Shown here: in pieces, positions 59,419-64,000 of the stretch
How positions within the stretch are numbered: position 1 is the stretch's first letter
Layout: each line of letters opens with the position of its first letter
Origin: Opitutales bacterium
GTDB taxonomy: Bacteria > Verrucomicrobiota > Verrucomicrobiia > Opitutales > JABSRG01
NCBI GenBank assembly: GCA_049599475.1
Contig: JBMYOQ010000001.1
Location: 32,001-96,000 of the forward strand
DNA: 64,000 bases
Reading direction: 5' to 3'
Made by a program: the position numbers and the translations under genes
The notes under the pieces: generated by a model
What the model was told of the DNA's origin: nothing
The model's database searches: none
Seen by the model: the letters and a program-made list of their open reading frames with translations, nothing else

Positions 59419-59952
59419 TTAGTTTGTGCGGCGAGGTACGATCACGCGTCTGCGTGGAATTACACGGCGCTGAGCAGCTGGCTTCTGTTCGTTGTTATTC
59501 GCTGCATTTTCGGCGTTAGGCTTTGGCGGGGCAGGGCGCGGTTGCGCTTGCGGGCGGGCGGCTCCAGCTGCAGCGGCAAGAGTGCTCTCGGCGAGTTCTA
59601 AAACGGTGGTGCGGCCGTCTATGGAGATGCTTACGTTGCGAGAATTGGTATCCAGCTTTAGGACACGCACTTGGGCCGAGGGATCGTTTACTCCGACCCA
59701 GTAGCCTTTCTTTTCGGCCTTGTTGTAAAGGCTTACCTTAGTGACACCGCCAAAGGTCGTCCAGCCACGCAGAGCCCAGTTTTGCGGCTGCTCCCGTTTG
59801 CGTTCTTCGGGCTTCTTTTGCTCATTACGCTCTGTATAGCCTGCTGGCAAGAAGGGCGAGCGATTCAGAAGGCTATCCAAATCCGAGGCGTGAGCGTAGC
59901 TACCACATGCGAATGTGATGCTTAGAGCAATGGCCTGGATTTTAGAATACAT
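59419..59952 (-). CDS. Hypothetical exported protein, GspC-like by position
   Basis: Signal-like N-terminus, RSPF motif, Pro/Arg-rich tail; lies between secretin and ATPase. Confidence 0.55.
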   Translation of the reverse strand: MYSKIQAIALSITFACGSYAHASDLDSLLNRSPFLPAGYTERNEQKKPEERKREQPQNWALRGWTTFGGVTKVSLYNKAEKKGYWVGVNDPSAQVRVLKLDTNSRNVSISIDGRTTVLELAESTLAAAAGAARPQAQPRPAPPKPNAENAANNNEQKPAAQRRVIPRRRVIVPRRTN

Positions 59953-59973
59953 GGTGAAATATGGAGCTAGCGC

Positions 59974-62064
59974 TTAGTTTTTACTGCGCGCGCGTGGGTT
60001 AAAGAATGAACTGTCCTTGGATTCTTTTTCCTCTTCTTCGATCGAGTTGAGGCCGGAGTCTAGGAAGTTGGATACCTCTTTGCCGATGCGAGGTGTGTTC
60101 TGAATCGTTTCTTCTGTATACTCTGCAGTTGCCATGGTATCGCTGAGGATCCGAGGACGGACAAAAATCATGAGTTCGCGGCGCTCGTCCTCGTCGCGTT
60201 TCCGCGTGAAGATGGCATCGCCCAAAATCGGTAGTTCACCCAGGATCCCCATCTTTGAGTTTGTGCTGCGGGTAGCATACTCCTGAAGACCTCCGAGGAT
60301 GATAACCTCTCCGTCGTTCACACTCACAAATGATTCAGCTACGCGATTTCCGATGACCGGCTGTGAGTTTCCGTCGATGGTTACATTGTCTACGACGTTG
60401 TCGACGGTCTGAGTCAACTCGAGCTGGATCTTACCATCTGCGCCGATGAGCGGCGTAACGGTGAGCTCAATACCGATCTTGCGGAACGTAACATTGCTAC
60501 GGGTCGATGTGCCTGTGGAATCGGTCTGACTGCTTGTGATTACCGGGCGCTGTTGTCCCACGGTGATCGTGGCAGGGCGCGCATGGGTCGTAAGAATTTG
60601 TGGTGCATTCAGGACACGGACATTTCCGTTTCCAGATGCGGCTCCGATGACCAAGTCTAAATCGAAATCTCGGAATACGCCGGCAGCCGATGCATCGGCT
60701 ATATTGCCGTCTGAGATGTCTACGCCGTATCCATTTGCGGCGATTCCGCTAAGAGCCCACACGCCGTCTGCCACATCCAAATTGAGGCCCAAAGCGTCTA
60801 TTCCACGGGTCTGGTTTTCGTTGAGTGTCACTTCTGCGACAATCACTTCAATCAGTACTTGAGGAAGCAATACATCTAGGCTCTTTAGGAGGGATTCGAG
60901 TTGGGTGATGTCGGAAGGTGTTCCGTAAGCGATGATGGCGTTGGTGCGGGGGTCTGGAACGACGCCCACGTATTCGGAAAACTGAACATTCTTCCCGCCG
61001 GATTCCGAAGACTCTCCGCCTGAGTTTGCCTGTTGTTGGGCTGGTTGTTGCTGTTGGCCCCCTTGTTGCGCCTGGTTGTTGTTATTGTTGGGGCGATTTT
61101 GGTTGCGGTTCTGGTTGCGCGATTCGCGCTCGGCGCGTTCACGTGCTTGTCGTTGATTATTAATTACACTCTCAAGGAGAGGTGATAGCTCTTCAGCCTT
61201 GGCGTGATTGACGCGGAATACTTGGGTCGTTGTCAGCGGCGACACATTGATGTCCATCTTCTCAATGAGAGTCGTGAGGGTCTCTTCATTGGCTGGGTGC
61301 GTGACGAGGATCATTTGATTGGTCCGCTCATCTGCTTCGATTGTGGTATCGCCGACGAGGAAGCTTTGCAGTGAGCGCTGGATCATATTGTCGAGGCGCT
61401 GCTTGAGGTCGCGGCTCTGGGTATTTTTCAGCTGAATGAAAAAGATCTCTTCGCGCTGCTGTGCCGGGGTGTCCGCATCTTTGAGAATCTCTTCGACGCG
61501 CTTCAGGTTATTGAGGGAGTCGGTAAGGAGAATCTTGTTGGACTGCTGGAATACCACAGGTGGCGGTAAGCTGGGTGTGAGAAAACGCGTAATAATTTCG
61601 AGCGCGTTCTCCATTTTGAGATACTGGATATCGAATATCTTGGCGTAAACCTTTTGGGTGTTAAAATCATCCGGAAGGCCGTCCTCGGCAAATTCAGGAG
61701 TCAGCGCATTTACCGGGCTATTGATGGGGACTGCTCTCAGGAACTTATCATCTAGTGGGATGATGGACAGTGAGTTCATGCTGAGGACACTTTCGATTGC
61801 TTTGATGGTCTCCGCGCGGGTGAGAGGACCTTGCGAATCGAAGTTGAAATTCATATTGGGCAAACCCTGTGGACGCAGAATGACGCGGCCAGTTATCAGT
61901 TCTAGGAACTTCAGAACTTGGTCTGTCGACTCGTCTACCAAAACCACGGTGTCGATGATTTCGTCCTCTGGATATCCGGGAGCTGGTTTGATTTGAGCGT
62001 GTAGGGGCAACGCCATTACGCAGCAGAGAGTCAGGGCGATACAAATGTGTATACGTTTGAACAT
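59974..62064 (-). CDS. gspD: Secretin
   Basis: DERTN/DPRTN N-domains, QVLIEVIVAEV, GIELTVTP, IILGGL, LPILG. Confidence 0.9.
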   Translation of the reverse strand: MFKRIHICIALTLCCVMALPLHAQIKPAPGYPEDEIIDTVVLVDESTDQVLKFLELITGRVILRPQGLPNMNFNFDSQGPLTRAETIKAIESVLSMNSLSIIPLDDKFLRAVPINSPVNALTPEFAEDGLPDDFNTQKVYAKIFDIQYLKMENALEIITRFLTPSLPPPVVFQQSNKILLTDSLNNLKRVEEILKDADTPAQQREEIFFIQLKNTQSRDLKQRLDNMIQRSLQSFLVGDTTIEADERTNQMILVTHPANEETLTTLIEKMDINVSPLTTTQVFRVNHAKAEELSPLLESVINNQRQARERAERESRNQNRNQNRPNNNNNQAQQGGQQQQPAQQQANSGGESSESGGKNVQFSEYVGVVPDPRTNAIIAYGTPSDITQLESLLKSLDVLLPQVLIEVIVAEVTLNENQTRGIDALGLNLDVADGVWALSGIAANGYGVDISDGNIADASAAGVFRDFDLDLVIGAASGNGNVRVLNAPQILTTHARPATITVGQQRPVITSSQTDSTGTSTRSNVTFRKIGIELTVTPLIGADGKIQLELTQTVDNVVDNVTIDGNSQPVIGNRVAESFVSVNDGEVIILGGLQEYATRSTNSKMGILGELPILGDAIFTRKRDEDERRELMIFVRPRILSDTMATAEYTEETIQNTPRIGKEVSNFLDSGLNSIEEEEKESKDSSFFNPRARSKN

Positions 62065-62082
62065 GACGAGAAAGGCTTGGGA

Positions 62083-62634
62083 CTAAAGGGCTATGTTTTT
62101 AAGTTCGAATGAAGAAATCACGAATTTGGCATCGTGTTCAGTGGGGCGAGATCGATTCGCGGAAATGTCCATGCTTTCGATTACGAGGTAAGGTGCCTCG
62201 GCTTGTAGAGCATTGCAGAAATCGATGACCGAGCGTAGATCTGCACGCCGGACGGAAATTCGGATCGAGTGGATGTTGAAGTCCTCGTTGGGACTCGTGC
62301 GCTGGTTGCTGATAGAGTGATTGAGCTCTTTTTCAATCGCGATATCATCCACACGGCCGGCAAGCTCGGAAGCCGAATAAGTTTTATCCGATTCGAGCTC
62401 CTGAAGAGCCGCCTCTAGATCTTGCTCGATGCGTTCCTTATCATCGATCCAGATTTGCTGCTCTTGAAGTTGGAATTTATGACTATTGTAGCGGGTCCAA
62501 TGTGAGCGCCAATCGCCCAGCTCAGCGCTTAACCACCATAGCACGAGAACGGTGAGAATCGCAAAGATGAGGACTTGTTCACGGACTGAAAGCCGGAAGA
62601 ATAGGCGGCGAATATTTTGCGTAAATTGGCTCAT
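62083..62634 (-). CDS. GspM/PilO-like protein
   Basis: LSVRE before a single TM helix; ferredoxin-like C-terminal pattern; operon position. Confidence 0.65.
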   Translation of the reverse strand: MSQFTQNIRRLFFRLSVREQVLIFAILTVLVLWWLSAELGDWRSHWTRYNSHKFQLQEQQIWIDDKERIEQDLEAALQELESDKTYSASELAGRVDDIAIEKELNHSISNQRTSPNEDFNIHSIRISVRRADLRSVIDFCNALQAEAPYLVIESMDISANRSRPTEHDAKFVISSFELKNIAL

Positions 62635-63864
62635 TTAGCTGTCGCTTTCCTCCTCTCCATCTGCGTTTTCGGAATCCTCTGCGGGGCTCAGTGCTGCGAC
62701 CTCAGGGAGTTGTCCGATTCTGATGATGATATCGAAGAGCACGCGGCCACTTCGGGAAGATGTGATCTTGTGCTCTAAGGATTCGAACGCAGGGTTTCCC
62801 TGGTAGCTCGCAATGTAGTTGTTTACCTCGCTCACTGAGTTTCCTTGTGCCTGCACTTCGTATTCTGCCGCGTTGATGGCTTCGGCTCTCAGAAAATGTA
62901 TTTTGTCCGGACGGTTTTCGTTCAGGATCGCGAGCACCGCAAAGGGGCGCATTTGCGATTGTTCGATGTCAGACATCTTATGGAGGAAGGTTGTCTGTTG
63001 TTCTAAGCGATCGACCATTGGGCCCTGTTGCGTGATCGTAATCTCCTGGAAGTCGAGATAACCGCGCGCGCTCCATTGAACGACCTCAAGGCAGAGCATC
63101 ACGACTGCTATAATAGCGAGAATCGTCAGTGCTTTCCAAATGCGCTGGGATTGCTTGAGCTCTAGTTGACGTTGTAATTTGAAATCGCGATCGCGGAGAT
63201 CGACATACCACGCTGCGCCGCTGTCTAGCTCGGTCGTGTGTGAAGGCTCTGCATCTTCGGCGGGCTCTGCGGTGTCGAACTTCGGCCAGTTTAGGCCAAT
63301 GTCGTCATCGCGCTGCGGTTCTCCGAGATAAATGTGTTCCCAGCGCGAAGAGGAAGTGCCCGAAAACAGGCTTTGGGCGTGTTCGCGGTAATCGTCCTTG
63401 CTCGCGTTATCTTCGAGTGCGAATGCCTCTACCTCCGTAGGTGTTCCATTTGCATCGTAGATGATCGCAATCGCGTCGTTGTTGGGTCCGTAGTAGAGGA
63501 CTTGCGCCGCCCGTTCACGGTCCAGATCGCATGCTGCAAAGGGTGCCAGGATGGGGAGATGGGCGGCTTCGAAATCGGTAACGCCACAGGCCTTAGCTTT
63601 CTCAAGAGTGGTGGCGAAGGTAAGGATAGTTTTTCCCTCGTTGAGTTGGATCCAGCCCCAGGTGAGCTGCTCAATCGGGAAGGGAGAACTTTGCTCAATC
63701 TCTAGCTCTACGAGTGCATCGATCTCTTCACCCTCGAGTTTTTCGGGGGCTTCTAGCAGGTCCGTAAAAAAGATCGGCGCAGGCAGTATGTGAGCTGCGG
63801 GAGTCGGTGCTGTAGCCGGCGGGTCCACGTCGCTTGGGGCAGTTATTTGAGAAGGTTCCGACAT
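62635..63864 (-). CDS. GspL/PilN-like protein
   Basis: SPFPIEQL cytoplasmic motif, central TM helix, operon position. Confidence 0.6.
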   Translation of the reverse strand: MSEPSQITAPSDVDPPATAPTPAAHILPAPIFFTDLLEAPEKLEGEEIDALVELEIEQSSPFPIEQLTWGWIQLNEGKTILTFATTLEKAKACGVTDFEAAHLPILAPFAACDLDRERAAQVLYYGPNNDAIAIIYDANGTPTEVEAFALEDNASKDDYREHAQSLFSGTSSSRWEHIYLGEPQRDDDIGLNWPKFDTAEPAEDAEPSHTTELDSGAAWYVDLRDRDFKLQRQLELKQSQRIWKALTILAIIAVVMLCLEVVQWSARGYLDFQEITITQQGPMVDRLEQQTTFLHKMSDIEQSQMRPFAVLAILNENRPDKIHFLRAEAINAAEYEVQAQGNSVSEVNNYIASYQGNPAFESLEHKITSSRSGRVLFDIIIRIGQLPEVAALSPAEDSENADGEEESDS

Positions 63865-64000
63865 TCGAATAAAGGTCTACTACAGGGAAAGTTGAAAGGG
63901 CGTGTCCATTAAAAACGCTGATTTTCGCGAATACTTAAAACTTTGAATGGCAATGGGATCTTGGTGCCCTCGATCCCTGGAAGCGAATCTGTCTCGGATA

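Noticed and set aside
61020..61140. Low-complexity GTT/GCT repeats in gspD
   Set aside because: They encode an ordinary Asn/Gln-rich disordered linker typical of secretin N-domains
1..64000. CRISPR array, rRNA, tRNA, tmRNA or RNase P RNA
   Set aside because: No regularly spaced repeat-spacer units or recognisable RNA signatures were seen by eye; a covariance-model scan was not possible

Overview
64-kb bacterial chromosomal window of mostly housekeeping and catabolic genes. It probably comes from a Verrucomicrobiota/Opitutales-like organism; this is inferred from gene content and C-rich leaders without Shine-Dalgarno sites, not established. In order: a Phd/RelE-type toxin-antitoxin pair, riboflavin synthase, a 1211-aa secreted LamG/CxxCH protein, menH, cca, a minor-pilin trio and pyrE. 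Next is a GntR-associated carbohydrate locus (eda, two sulfatases, a GH92 gene broken by one in-frame TAG, aldehyde dehydrogenase, enoyl-CoA hydratase, class III CoA-transferase, sugar porter). After that come lspA, a dksA-like gene, ileS, a LacI-associated hexuronate operon, argA, phoD, an HDOD protein, a LacI-domain hybrid kinase, pseB/C/G/I, surE, coaD, pgsA/pgpA and a type II secretion operon (L/M/D/C-like/E/F). No rRNA, tRNA, CRISPR array or transposase was recognised. The best candidate for an undescribed system is the 14.5-26.4 kb locus, which puts CoA-dependent enzymes inside a sulfated-glycan degradation unit marked by a repeated TTGTWAACAA operator-like motif. Intergenic DNA carries several GTAG-type REP-like palindromes, some nested within TCTCAAAA/TTTTGAGA inverted ends.
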